This document shows positions 9,664-21,921 of a stretch of DNA of 64,000 nucleotides, piece after piece. This DNA comes from an uncultured Pelagibacteraceae bacterium. Lineage in GTDB: Bacteria; Pseudomonadota; Alphaproteobacteria; Pelagibacterales; AG-422-B15. Both the position numbers and the translations under genes were made by a program. The notes under the pieces are model-generated. The model ran no database searches. It saw nothing but the letters and a program-made list of their open reading frames with translations, and was not told the origin of the DNA. The first letter of the stretch is position 1. The number at the start of each line of letters is the position of its first letter. The stretch is taken from positions 251,023-315,022 of the forward strand of contig CABYZG010000001.1 of NCBI GenBank assembly GCA_902523455.1. Direction: 5' to 3'.

Positions 9664-12238
9664 TCTCTTCAGCTTTTTTAAGATCTACAGAGACAATTTG
9701 ACTGACGCCTCGTTCAGCCATGGTTACTCCAAACAATCTATCCATTCTCGACATTGTGAGCGCGTGGTGAGTTATAATTAAGAACTTGGTATTCGTTTTT
9801 TCTGTAATGTCATCTAAAAGACCACAAAATCTATCGACGTTTGCATCATCCAGTGGCGCATCAACCTCATCAAGTACACAAATTGGCGAAGGATTTGTTA
9901 AAAATACAGCGAAGATTAGAGATAATGCTGTTAGTGCCTGTTCCCCACCAGATAACAATGACATTGACTGAAGTTTTTTACCTGGTGGACTTACCATCAT
10001 TTCAAGCCCTGCTTCAAGTGGATCATCAGAGTCTATAAGTTCAAGGTGCGCCTTTCCACCGTTAAATAATTTTACAAAAACTTCTTTGAAATGTGTGTTT
10101 ACAGTTTTAAACGCTCCAAGCAGTCTTGTTCTACCTTCTTTATTTAAATCTTCTATAGACTCCCTCATTTTTTTGATTGCGTTTTCTAAATCTTCTTTTT
10201 CTGTGGTCATTTTTTCAAGTTCTTCATCTATTTCTTTTGTTTCCAAATCTGCCCTTAGATTCACAGCACCCATTGTTTCACGCTGCTGCTTAAGTCGATC
10301 AAGTCTCATCTCAGTTCTTTCGAGGTTAGCTCTCATAGTTTCAAGATCATCTGATATAGAGAGAGAATTTACAATTTCACTAGGAATACAGTTAAATTTC
10401 TCTTTTGATTCGTATTCTAATTCTTTTAATCTTGATTCAGCTAATTCTTTTGTTGCTTCTGTTCTTCCTTTAGACTCTCTTATGTTAGCGAGATCATTTT
10501 GGGCTTTTCTTAAATTAGTCTCAATTTTTTTTAATTCATTATCAGCTTCAGCTAAACGATCAGCTGCAAACTGTCTTTCTGTCTCTGCAAAGCCTTTTGT
10601 TTCAATTAATTGACCTCTTCTCTGGGCAATTTCTTCTGGGCGATTAGAGATTTTCTCTAGCTCTTGCTCAGTTTTTATTTTTCTTTTTTGCAATGTTTCG
10701 ATTTGTTCTTGAGATGACTTAATTGTTTTATTCAATCTCTGAAATTCATATGTCCAATCACTTTGTTTTTGTTCAACGTCTTTTTGTCTGAGTTTTTCTC
10801 TTAATTCCATTGATAATGTTGCTGCATTTTTTGCCTCATTACTTGCTCTGTCATAATTTGCCTTAGCTTCGTCTGATATATTGCTTGCTTGATCCACTTT
10901 CTCACTGATTTCACCAAGATCATTGTAAAATTTTTCTTTAAATATATTTGTCCATTTCTCAGGATCATCATAACCTTCCACGTCTTTTAAAGTTGATTGC
11001 CTTGATTTCAAATTTTCTGCTTTAATTAAAGTGTCCTGCCAATCATCTCTTTTAGAATTTTTAATCTGATTATATTGTTCTATTTGTTGCTCAAGATTTG
11101 AAATCTCTGTTTCCAAAGTATCCTTTTCTGACTTAAGTTGGTCAATTGTTTCATTGTTTATTTCTTGAAACTCTTCGTTATTAGAGAGATCTTTTCTCGC
11201 ATTTAGTAAATCAAGATCTTTTTTGGCATCTTCTAGTTGAAACTGCTCCCTCTCACTATCGCTGATTATTTGTTGAATCACGTTTTCAAGATTTCTTTTT
11301 TCTTCTTTTATTCGTTCTTCCTCATGATCTAATGACTCTCTCTCTAGATTAATACGATTTAATTTTGCCGCGGACTCAATCTCTTTATCTCTTAAAGGCT
11401 TAATTTTCTCATTGGCTTTTAATTGTTCATTAGTAGCCTGAGTTACCTGCAACGTAAATTTTTGGATTTGAGACTCACTTGATCTTAAATTCTCATCTGA
11501 CTTTTCATAAGATTCTTTTAAAGATGTCCACTTTAGGAATAAAACGATACCCTCTAATTTGTTAATTTCAGACGATACTGAGCGGTAAGTTTCAGCTTGT
11601 TCAGCTTGTTTTTTAAGACTATTGATTTGATTATTTAATTGTTTCATCAAATCCTTAACCCTTTGAAGATTAGTTTCTGCACCTTTCAATTTTAGCTCTG
11701 CTTCATGTCTTCGCGAATGTAACCCAGATATTCCTGCCGCTTCTTCTAATACGGAGCGTCTATCTATCGGTTTAGCATTTATTAATGAACCTACGCGTCC
11801 TTGGCTGATCAAGGATGGAGAATGAGCTCCTGTAGATAAATCTGCAAATAATCTTTGTACATCCCTGGCTCTAACGTCTTTACCATTAATTTTATAATCT
11901 GATCCCTTTTCAACTTCTATTTTTCTTTTAACTTGAATTTCAGTTTGATCATTAAATTCAGACGGCGCGTTTCTTTCCTCATTATCAAGATAGATTGTTA
12001 CTTCAGCATTATTTCTTGCTGGTCTATCTGATGTACCTGAAAAAATTACATCTTCCATTCCTGAACCCCTCATGCTTTTTGCAGAGGTTTCTCCCATGCA
12101 CCATCTTAGGGACTCAACAACATTTGATTTACCACATCCATTAGGACCAACTATGCCTGTTAAACCCTCATCGATGTCTAATTCAGTAGGATCAACAAAT
12201 GATTTAAAACCTAGAATTTTTATTTTTTTAAATTTCAT
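9647..12238 (-). CDS. smc: SMC-type chromosome segregation ATPase, unusually short (863 aa) with no recognisable hinge
   Basis: N-terminal Walker A GPNGCGKSN, LLSGGEQALTALSL signature, and Walker B CVLDEVDAPLDDANV. Everything between the heads is coiled-coil-like. Confidence 0.88.
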   Translation of the reverse strand: MKFKKIKILGFKSFVDPTELDIDEGLTGIVGPNGCGKSNVVESLRWCMGETSAKSMRGSGMEDVIFSGTSDRPARNNAEVTIYLDNEERNAPSEFNDQTEIQVKRKIEVEKGSDYKINGKDVRARDVQRLFADLSTGAHSPSLISQGRVGSLINAKPIDRRSVLEEAAGISGLHSRRHEAELKLKGAETNLQRVKDLMKQLNNQINSLKKQAEQAETYRSVSSEINKLEGIVLFLKWTSLKESYEKSDENLRSSESQIQKFTLQVTQATNEQLKANEKIKPLRDKEIESAAKLNRINLERESLDHEEERIKEEKRNLENVIQQIISDSEREQFQLEDAKKDLDLLNARKDLSNNEEFQEINNETIDQLKSEKDTLETEISNLEQQIEQYNQIKNSKRDDWQDTLIKAENLKSRQSTLKDVEGYDDPEKWTNIFKEKFYNDLGEISEKVDQASNISDEAKANYDRASNEAKNAATLSMELREKLRQKDVEQKQSDWTYEFQRLNKTIKSSQEQIETLQKRKIKTEQELEKISNRPEEIAQRRGQLIETKGFAETERQFAADRLAEADNELKKIETNLRKAQNDLANIRESKGRTEATKELAESRLKELEYESKEKFNCIPSEIVNSLSISDDLETMRANLERTEMRLDRLKQQRETMGAVNLRADLETKEIDEELEKMTTEKEDLENAIKKMRESIEDLNKEGRTRLLGAFKTVNTHFKEVFVKLFNGGKAHLELIDSDDPLEAGLEMMVSPPGKKLQSMSLLSGGEQALTALSLIFAVFLTNPSPICVLDEVDAPLDDANVDRFCGLLDDITEKTNTKFLIITHHALTMSRMDRLFGVTMAERGVSQIVSVDLKKAEEIGAVA

Positions 12239-12915
12239 TAATTTATTTCTTTTTCAATTATTTCATCAAATTCATTAATCGACATATTACCTGCATAAAT
12301 TTCACCATTGATTATGAAAGTTGGAGTTGAAGATATATCATAATTCTCAACACCCTCTATGCGCTGCTCCAGTATGAAATCAGTAATATTCTCATTTTCC
12401 ATACAGCTATTAAACACCTCCTCAGATACGCCGAATAGGGCTCCGTAATTCTTGAGTGCATTAGTGCTGTTTTCCAGTACTTTATCGCTCTGATTAGTTA
12501 CAATCCATTTTTTTTGATCTTTAAACAAAATTTTATCCATTGCGAAAAAATCATTTTCATCAACACAATGAAGTAATTTAAAAGCGTTAAGATCAATTGC
12601 ATTGAGAGCGAAAGGTCTCAATTCAAAATTCACTTTACCTTTATCGATATAATTTTTTTTAATTTCTGCAAAGGTGTCGTTACTAAAGTCTGCGCAATGA
12701 CTGCAAGTGAGCGATCTATATTCAATAATTTTCACTGGTGCGTCGCTATCACCTAACTGCATCCCCTTTAATGTACTACTGGCAAACAATCCATTAATTG
12801 GAAACATCAACGCAAATAGAAATACAATAAAACTAGTACTGAATAAAAAATTAGATTTAAAACCCATATTTTGCTTGTTTTTTTTATACATATACAACAT
12901 GTTGAATATACTCAA
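12238..12915 (-). CDS. DsbA-family thiol:disulfide oxidoreductase (periplasmic)
   Basis: CSHC active site and a signal-peptide-like N-terminus. The true start may be an internal Met (for example near 12867). The stop overlaps the smc start by 1 nt. Confidence 0.8.
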   Translation of the reverse strand: MSIFNMLYMYKKNKQNMGFKSNFLFSTSFIVFLFALMFPINGLFASSTLKGMQLGDSDAPVKIIEYRSLTCSHCADFSNDTFAEIKKNYIDKGKVNFELRPFALNAIDLNAFKLLHCVDENDFFAMDKILFKDQKKWIVTNQSDKVLENSTNALKNYGALFGVSEEVFNSCMENENITDFILEQRIEGVENYDISSTPTFIINGEIYAGNMSINEFDEIIEKEIN

Positions 12916-12975
12916 TTTTTCCTTATTTTAATAGGATTTATTACTCTATTGGAGTAGCAGAAAATTTTGTTTGAA

Positions 12976-13443
12976 TTAGGACTTTAAAATTTTTGAAGCG
13001 ATTTTTTCAAAGTTTTTTCTAAGATCAGGGTATTTTTTTAGTTCATCATAATTCTTACTTTGGCTCTTAATATCACTTTCTAATTTATTGATTTTAGTTG
13101 TTTTTTTAACCTTAATTGATGCTTGTATTATTTCAACTTTGTTGATCACTTCATAACCAAAAAAAAGATTAATTTTTTTAATTATTTTCTCTCGCTCGTG
13201 CTCAAACGCAAAAGCCACACTTCTATCAACTTTAACAATTAATTTACCATTATTTTTTTCACTACTCTTAACTATTTTAAGCCTTAAAGGGATGGTTAAT
13301 TTTGCAAATTTTTTGCCTACAATTCTCTCCCAATTTGCTAAGAGTTCTAACTCTGAAAAACCTCTTGATTTAAGAATTTTCTTTGCTTCTTCTGGAAGAA
13401 GATTTGATAATATTTGAGGACCTCTTAATTTCTTTTGAAACAT
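12976..13443 (-). CDS. DUF721/DciA-like protein (putative replicative-helicase operator)
   Basis: 155 aa. The W..IVG...A..T.P..L..G.L.V.V pattern (ANWERIVGKKFAKLTIPLRL...GKLIVKVDRSVAFAFE) is typical of DUF721. Conserved position next to mutY. Confidence 0.7.
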   Translation of the reverse strand: MFQKKLRGPQILSNLLPEEAKKILKSRGFSELELLANWERIVGKKFAKLTIPLRLKIVKSSEKNNGKLIVKVDRSVAFAFEHEREKIIKKINLFFGYEVINKVEIIQASIKVKKTTKINKLESDIKSQSKNYDELKKYPDLRKNFEKIASKILKS

Positions 13444-13464
13444 AAAAAATAAAGTAACACGAAA

Positions 13465-15660
<2,196 letters not shown>

Positions 15661-15679
15661 AATGACTTAATTTATTTTC

Positions 15680-16294
15680 TTAATTCAATATATTGTAGAT
15701 TGGTTTGAAACTTTTTCGATGGATAGGGGTAATTCCATGAGACTTCAGAGCCAAAAGGTGCTCTTTTGTTCCGTACCCTGCATTTTTTTCAAATGAATAT
15801 TCAGGATATTTGTCAGCAAGATTGGTCATAATCTTATCTCTGTAAACTTTGGCTAGAATTGAAGCTGCAGCAATTGAAATTGATTTACTGTCACCTTTAA
15901 CAATTGGTTTACATTTTAAATCAACTTTAGGCGTATATATTCCATCAATAAGAGACATTGATGGTACTATTTTTAGAGACTCAATAGCTCTTTTCATTGC
16001 AAGTAACGAAGCTTGTAAAATATTTAAATTATCGATTTCTTCTACTGACGCCTCTCCATATGCATAATGACTGTTTAATCTAATTTTTTCTGCAATTATT
16101 TCTCTTTTATTTTTTGATATTTTTTTTGAATCTCTAATACCTGCAGGAAGGTTGTTTTTATCCAAAATTACTGCTGCTGCCACGACTGGTCCCGCTAAAG
16201 GACCACGTCCTACCTCATCAACACCAGCAACTGGACAATTAAAATTTTTTTCAAAATCCAACAAATTGATTTGATCGTTAAAATTATGATTCAA
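15680..16294 (-). CDS. rnhB: ribonuclease HII
   Basis: VAGVDEVGRGPLAGPVVAAAV catalytic motif, 204 aa. Confidence 0.92.
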   Translation of the reverse strand: MNHNFNDQINLLDFEKNFNCPVAGVDEVGRGPLAGPVVAAAVILDKNNLPAGIRDSKKISKNKREIIAEKIRLNSHYAYGEASVEEIDNLNILQASLLAMKRAIESLKIVPSMSLIDGIYTPKVDLKCKPIVKGDSKSISIAAASILAKVYRDKIMTNLADKYPEYSFEKNAGYGTKEHLLALKSHGITPIHRKSFKPIYNILN

Positions 16295-17039
16295 CTTTTT
16301 TCTTAAGACTTTTTAAGTCCTCCCACGAATATTTTTTTTGTCCAGGTTGCCTTAATAAAAAAGCAGGGTGGAAAGTGGGTAGGGTGGGATATTTTTTTTT
16401 ATTAATTTCAATATCTACCCATTTACCCCTAATCTTTGTTATACCTTCAGTATTTCTAATAAGTGCATAAGTCGCTGTTGATCCTAATAGCAATATTGCT
16501 TTAGGATTAATCAACTCTATGTGTTTCTTAATCATTGGCAGACACATATCTATTTCTTCATCAGTGGGCCGTCTGTTATTAGGAGGTCTCCAAGGTACAA
16601 TATTTGCAATATATACCTTTTCTCGATTAAGGTTTATCGCTTCAAGCATTTTATCTAAGAGTTTGCCGCTTCTACCAACAAAGGGTTTTCCTTGAATATC
16701 CTCATCATGGCCAGGAGCTTCACCAATAAGCATAATTTCTGATTTTGGGTTTCCATCAGAAAACACCATATTTGTTGCACTTTCGTGAAGCTTACATTTG
16801 TCATAATTTGCCATGAAGTCTTTTAATGAATCTAATGATTCTAGTGAGTTGATAGTTTTTTGATCCTCAATCGATGAGTTATTAACAGATATAGAGCTGT
16901 CACTAGTTTTTGATTTCGATGATTTTTTATTTCCGTAGCGATTTTTTGGCTTATTTCCAATGTTTTCATTCACCCCACTCATCTTTAATTGGTTGAGCTG
17001 CTTCAGTGTGTTTTGAACTTTTGCGTTGGTCATAAACAA
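16284..17039 (-). CDS. uracil-DNA glycosylase, family 4
   Basis: GEAPGHDEDIQGKPFVGRSG and HPAFLLR motifs. Has a low-complexity N-terminal extension. Confidence 0.85.
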   Translation of the reverse strand: MFMTNAKVQNTLKQLNQLKMSGVNENIGNKPKNRYGNKKSSKSKTSDSSISVNNSSIEDQKTINSLESLDSLKDFMANYDKCKLHESATNMVFSDGNPKSEIMLIGEAPGHDEDIQGKPFVGRSGKLLDKMLEAINLNREKVYIANIVPWRPPNNRRPTDEEIDMCLPMIKKHIELINPKAILLLGSTATYALIRNTEGITKIRGKWVDIEINKKKYPTLPTFHPAFLLRQPGQKKYSWEDLKSLKKKVES

Positions 17040-17079
17040 ATTGAATTATAATACCTATAAACTAAATATATAGTTAATA

Positions 17080-18726
17080 ATGGATACTATTCAGCAAAGA
17101 GAATCAATGGAGTACGATGTTGTAATCGTGGGTGCAGGTCCCTCGGGCCTTTCAACCGCGATAAAACTCAAGCAAATAAACCCAGAAATTAATGTCTGCA
17201 TTGTAGAGAAAGCATCTGAGGTTGGCGCTCATATATTAAGTGGAAATGTATTTGAAACAAGAGCTCTTGATGAGCTACTTCCAGATTGGAAAACTCTAGA
17301 CGGCTGTCCTCTGAAAACAAAAGTTACAAAAGAAAAGTTTTTATTTCTTTTTGAAAAGTCTCACTTTACTGTTCCCTCGTTTTTATTACCACCTGTTCAA
17401 CATAATAAAGGAAACTACATTGCTAGCCTTGCGAATATGTGTAGATGGCTTGGACAAATCGCTGAAAACTTAGGAGTTGAAATATATCCTGGTTTTGCAG
17501 CTTCTGAAATTTTGTACGATGAAGATGGAAAAGTAAGAGGCGTGGCCACAAATGACATGGGACTGGACGTAAATAATGAAAAAAAAGATTCCTATGAGCC
17601 TGGTATTGAGCTACACGCAAAAACAACAGTATTTGCTGAAGGGTGTAGAGGCCATTTAGGTAAGCAATTAATAGAGAAGTTCGAACTCGCAAAAAATTCA
17701 GACCCACAACAGTACGGAATTGGTTTGAAAGAAATATGGGAGGTACCTGAAGAAAATCATGATGAAGGCTTAGTCTTTCATTCAACCGGTTGGCCCTTAG
17801 ACAATAAAACCTATGGAGGGAGTTTTGTTTACCATGCAGAAAATAATCAAATATTTTTGGGATATGTAGTTGGACTTGATTATAAGAACCCGTATTTGTC
17901 ACCTTTTGAAGAGTTTCAAAGGTTTAAAACACATCCTGCAATAAAAAAAATGTTAAGTGGCGGAAAAAGAGTTTCCTATGGTGCCAGAGCATTGATTGAG
18001 GGTGGCATACAAAGTCTGCCTCAGATGCACATGCCTGGCGCATTATTAATTGGCTGTGATGCCGGTACGTTAAATATGCCAAAAATTAAAGGAACTCATA
18101 CTGCCATGAAAAGTGGAATGATTGCTGCTGAAGCTATTAATGAATTCCTTTCGGGTAAGTCCAATGATCTATCTTGTTACGAGGCTTTATTCAAAAAGAG
18201 TTGGGTTTATAGCGAATTAAAATCTGCTAGGAATGTTAAACCTTTCTTTACAAGGTTTGGAAATATCCTTGGTATTTTACTTACAGGACTCGATCAGTGG
18301 TTATTTATGGGAAAGCTTCCTTTTACTCTATCGCATAAACATGCTGATCATGAAACGTTAGAAGATGCAAAAGAAGCAAAAAAAATAAATTATCCAAAAC
18401 CAGATGGTGTTTTAACTTTTGATAGGGCTAGTTCGGTATTTCTTACTGGAACTTATCATACTGAAAATCAACCTGTTCACCTTCAATTGAAGGATAAAGA
18501 ATTACCAATTAGTTACACGTTGGAAAAGTTTGATGAGCCTTCTCAAAGGTACTGTCCAGTAGGTGTATATGAAGTTCATAGAAATGATGATGGTTCAGAT
18601 CCAAAATTTGTAATTAATAGTCAGAACTGCATACACTGCAAAACATGCGATATTAAAGAACCGTCTCAAAACATAAATTGGGTAACACCAGAGGGTGGCG
18701 GTGGCCCAAAATATGCGAATATGTAA
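17080..18726 (+). CDS. electron-transfer flavoprotein:ubiquinone oxidoreductase
   Basis: 548 aa with an FAD fold (VVIVGAGPSGLS) and a C-terminal 4Fe-4S region (CIHCKTCDIKEP). Confidence 0.9.
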   Translation: MDTIQQRESMEYDVVIVGAGPSGLSTAIKLKQINPEINVCIVEKASEVGAHILSGNVFETRALDELLPDWKTLDGCPLKTKVTKEKFLFLFEKSHFTVPSFLLPPVQHNKGNYIASLANMCRWLGQIAENLGVEIYPGFAASEILYDEDGKVRGVATNDMGLDVNNEKKDSYEPGIELHAKTTVFAEGCRGHLGKQLIEKFELAKNSDPQQYGIGLKEIWEVPEENHDEGLVFHSTGWPLDNKTYGGSFVYHAENNQIFLGYVVGLDYKNPYLSPFEEFQRFKTHPAIKKMLSGGKRVSYGARALIEGGIQSLPQMHMPGALLIGCDAGTLNMPKIKGTHTAMKSGMIAAEAINEFLSGKSNDLSCYEALFKKSWVYSELKSARNVKPFFTRFGNILGILLTGLDQWLFMGKLPFTLSHKHADHETLEDAKEAKKINYPKPDGVLTFDRASSVFLTGTYHTENQPVHLQLKDKELPISYTLEKFDEPSQRYCPVGVYEVHRNDDGSDPKFVINSQNCIHCKTCDIKEPSQNINWVTPEGGGGPKYANM

Positions 18727-18737
18727 AGCATAAGTCT

Positions 18738-20396
18738 ATGCTTATAAGAACAATTATATTTTTACTAATATTTAACATCTCAAGCATTAATCTTCATGCA
18801 GCACAATTTATTCCGCCTCAGGTGGGCGATTACTTGGTTGCAAAAATTTCTAGTGACTCAAATGACTACAGCACAACTAAGAGATATTATCAAAGGCTGC
18901 ACAGATCGAATCCAAACGATTTACTTGCTTTAGATAGACTGTTGTTGCTTAGTATCTTGGATGGAGATTTGCTTAGTGCAAATAACTACTCTTTCAAACT
19001 TGCAAAAGCAGGCTGTGATAAAAATGTGAATTCATGTTGTATGAATAATCAATCACCACAAGGTCATCTTGTTAATGGGATTTCTTACTTAAACTCTTAT
19101 AAGCCAGGTTTTGCTGATCAAAGTTTTGCAAGTATTTGGAGAGGGAATTTATCTGATAGCACGTTTGTAAGACTTCTTAGAGCTTGGGTATGGGCCGATA
19201 GTAACACAATAGATAAAAGTATGGCGCTAATCGATTTAATTTCCACAGGCGAACATCAACACCTAACACTTGTGCATAAAGCACTAATTTATGACTATGC
19301 TGATGAGATTGAATTAGCGGAGGTTTTTTATGACCAATCTTTATCAGTACAAAGAGATTTATACGTTTTACGTCTATATTATAATTTTCTACATCGAAAT
19401 AATTTGACTGAGAAGAAAGATGCTTTTGCAGATGAGTTTTTGTCTTCATATGATGAAGAATTTCAAAATAAATTTTTAACTTCAAATAAAAATAGGATTA
19501 TTCAAAACCCTCTTCAAGGAATAGGAGTGGTTTTATTTAATTCACAGCTTTTGATTGAGGATTTAAATGAAGAACTCGCACATATGTTATATCAATTAGC
19601 AATTGACACCTCTCCTAATTTACATGAGATCAAGTATATATTTGCCTCTTTTCTTAATCAGTTGGAAAATCATGATAAAGCAAGAGAGGTGCTGAGATAT
19701 ATTCCAAAAAAGCATTATCTCGGTAATTTTGCCGCAATTCAAATTTCAGATGCATATAGCTACGAGGGCAACAATGAAAAAGCAATTCAAAATTTAAATA
19801 CCTTTGTGGAGGTTGATGATAGCTTTGAAGCTTACCTTTCACTAGGAAATTATCACCGCTTTGAGAAGAATTGGTCTGATGCAATTGATAACTATGATCA
19901 TGCATTAAAGCTTGGTAAAAAATTTGATAAAGAAAACATTTGGGAAGTTTACTTTAATATTGGAATTGTTCATGAACGTTCTAAAAATTGGAAGTTAGCT
20001 GAAAAGAATTTAAAAAGATCATTGAATCTATCTGAAGATCAAGCAGATGTTCTCAATTATTTAGGATATTCTTATATCGATATGGATCAAAATATATCCG
20101 AGGCTAAAGTTATGATAGAACAAGCAATGGAATTGAAGCCAAACGATCCATACATAGTTGATAGCCTTGCATGGTATTATTTTAAAGTTGGTAAGTATAA
20201 TGAAGCTCTATCTTTGTTGGAGTTTTCTTTAGATATGATGCCATACGATCCAACTGTAAATGATCATTATGGTGATGTGCTCTGGAAGCTGGGAAATGAA
20301 CTTGAAGCACGTTTTTATTGGCAGAAAGCCATAGATTTAGATCAGGAAAATATATTTGAGGACAAAGTTAAAATCAAACTACTTAAAGGAATCTAA
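18738..20396 (+). CDS. TPR-repeat protein with signal peptide
   Basis: Start is taken at the internal ATG that gives MLIRTIIFLLIFNISSINLHA. The track ORF start at 18678 would overlap ETF-QO. TPR-like repeats occupy the C-terminal half. Confidence 0.7.
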   Translation: MLIRTIIFLLIFNISSINLHAAQFIPPQVGDYLVAKISSDSNDYSTTKRYYQRLHRSNPNDLLALDRLLLLSILDGDLLSANNYSFKLAKAGCDKNVNSCCMNNQSPQGHLVNGISYLNSYKPGFADQSFASIWRGNLSDSTFVRLLRAWVWADSNTIDKSMALIDLISTGEHQHLTLVHKALIYDYADEIELAEVFYDQSLSVQRDLYVLRLYYNFLHRNNLTEKKDAFADEFLSSYDEEFQNKFLTSNKNRIIQNPLQGIGVVLFNSQLLIEDLNEELAHMLYQLAIDTSPNLHEIKYIFASFLNQLENHDKAREVLRYIPKKHYLGNFAAIQISDAYSYEGNNEKAIQNLNTFVEVDDSFEAYLSLGNYHRFEKNWSDAIDNYDHALKLGKKFDKENIWEVYFNIGIVHERSKNWKLAEKNLKRSLNLSEDQADVLNYLGYSYIDMDQNISEAKVMIEQAMELKPNDPYIVDSLAWYYFKVGKYNEALSLLEFSLDMMPYDPTVNDHYGDVLWKLGNELEARFYWQKAIDLDQENIFEDKVKIKLLKGI

Positions 20397-20401
20397 GTAC
20401 G

Positions 20402-21235
20402 TTGTTAAATACCATAAAATCCTACGCAAAAATAAATCTTTTCTTAAATGTAGTAGACAAACTTGATACTGGTTTTCACGAATTAAACTCAGTGTTATCA
20501 AGGATCGATCTTTATGATGAGATAAGAATAAAAGATGAAAGCTCATTTAGTATCTCATATAATGGCCCTTTTGGAGACCAAGTGGGATCCAATGATCATA
20601 TTTCTAAATTATTTAATTATTTAATTGATAATAATTACTTAAAGCAGAAATCATTTGCTATTCATGTTGTAAAAAATATACCAGTGGGATCGGGTTTAGG
20701 TGGCGGTTCATCAAATGTCGCAGAAATAATTAAATATTTAATAAGATCCAATTTGTTAGATAATTCAAGCTCAACTGAAATTGCAAGAGATCTTGGGTCA
20801 GACATTGAATTTTTTATTGATGAGGGATCTGCACTTATTTCTGGAAAAGGGAATGTTGATCAAAGGTTAAACATCAATTCGGATAAGCATTTTCTAATTG
20901 TATTTCCAAATGTTCAAAATAGTACTAAGGATATTTTTAATAAACATTCTAATTTAAGTGGAGAAAAATTCTCATACAATAAAGATACTAACTTAGATGG
21001 AATTCTAAAAGGTACATCAAATGAATTGGAAAAAACGGCACTTCTTGCTAATCAAGAAATGAAAAAAATAAGAGAATATTTAGATAATGATATAAATTGT
21101 AAGTATGAACGAATGACAGGAAGTGGCTCTGCATATTTTACTGTTTATGAAGATAAACAAAAGGCGGAGGAAGCAATACAGAGGATATCTGAAGAACACC
21201 CCAATTGGTGGACATATTTAACGAGGTTAATATAA
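20402..21235 (+). CDS. ispE: 4-diphosphocytidyl-2-C-methyl-D-erythritol kinase
   Basis: TTG start. AKINLFLNV N-terminus and GHMP motif PVGSGLGGGSSNVA. Confidence 0.88.
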   Translation: MLNTIKSYAKINLFLNVVDKLDTGFHELNSVLSRIDLYDEIRIKDESSFSISYNGPFGDQVGSNDHISKLFNYLIDNNYLKQKSFAIHVVKNIPVGSGLGGGSSNVAEIIKYLIRSNLLDNSSSTEIARDLGSDIEFFIDEGSALISGKGNVDQRLNINSDKHFLIVFPNVQNSTKDIFNKHSNLSGEKFSYNKDTNLDGILKGTSNELEKTALLANQEMKKIREYLDNDINCKYERMTGSGSAYFTVYEDKQKAEEAIQRISEEHPNWWTYLTRLI

Positions 21236-21278
21236 AGATTGCAAAATCTTTTTCTTAAATTAAATAATTATATAGCGT

Positions 21279-21353
21279 TGGGGCGTGGCCAAGCGGTAAG
21301 GCACCGCTTTTTGGTAGCGGCATTCGGAGGTTCGAATCCTCCCGCCCCAGCCA
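21279..21353 (+). tRNA. tRNA-Gln (anticodon TTG)
   Basis: Cloverleaf folded by hand. Acceptor is TGGGGCG/CGCCCCA, anticodon arm is CCGCT-TTTTGGT-AGCGG, T-loop is GGTTCGAATCC, and CCA is encoded. Confidence 0.9.
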
Positions 21354-21368
21354 ATTAGGATCAAAAAT

Positions 21369-21920
21369 ATGAGTAATTTTTTAAGTAAGTATAAATCAGT
21401 ATATGATGTCTTTTTAGATAACTGGGGCTATCAGAAACATTATGTGGCTTATTTAGAGTCTCTAATGAGACAAGAAACACTATTACCAACACATATTAAA
21501 GAGATGATATTCGCCTATGTCTCAGGATTAAACGGCTGTGGGTACTGCAAGAATATTCATGTTGAAATATCAAAGAAAATTTTAAGAGACAAGAATGACC
21601 TAGATTTTATGAATGATATTGAACAATCACAAATAGAAGCTAAGTATAAGCCAATTCTAAAATTATCTCACAAAGTAAATGAAGACATTCGCTCAATTAA
21701 TGAAGAAGATGTAGCTGCTATATTAGAATATGGCTTTGATGAAAAAGTTATATCCGAAATTATCTCCATTTGTTCTGCTGCACAATTTATGAATACCACA
21801 GTTGTTGCTCATCAAATAAAGCCTCTTGATCAAGTTCAAAATGTTGCATCAGCGAAAATGATGATTGAGAAAGGTTACGATGGGCTTGCTGAATTTATGT
21901 TAAGAAGACGTAATAAATAA
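21369..21920 (+). CDS. AhpD-like/carboxymuconolactone decarboxylase family protein
   Basis: 183 aa with a CxxC in LNGCGYCKNIH, typical of the AhpD-like fold. Confidence 0.65.
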   Translation: MSNFLSKYKSVYDVFLDNWGYQKHYVAYLESLMRQETLLPTHIKEMIFAYVSGLNGCGYCKNIHVEISKKILRDKNDLDFMNDIEQSQIEAKYKPILKLSHKVNEDIRSINEEDVAAILEYGFDEKVISEIISICSAAQFMNTTVVAHQIKPLDQVQNVASAKMMIEKGYDGLAEFMLRRRNK

Positions 21921-21921
21921 T

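Noticed and set aside
10086-10613. 175-aa plus-strand ORF (Ser/Leu/Phe-rich) inside smc.
   Set aside because: It is antisense shadow of the Glu/Lys-rich coiled-coil codons of smc. The sequence is low-complexity with no motif, and the smc frame is clearly the real one.
15661-15685. TTAA-N9-TTAA near the rnhB stop, considered as a CtrA box for ccrM.
   Set aside because: The spacing is 9, not the canonical 7. TTAA is very common at this base composition.
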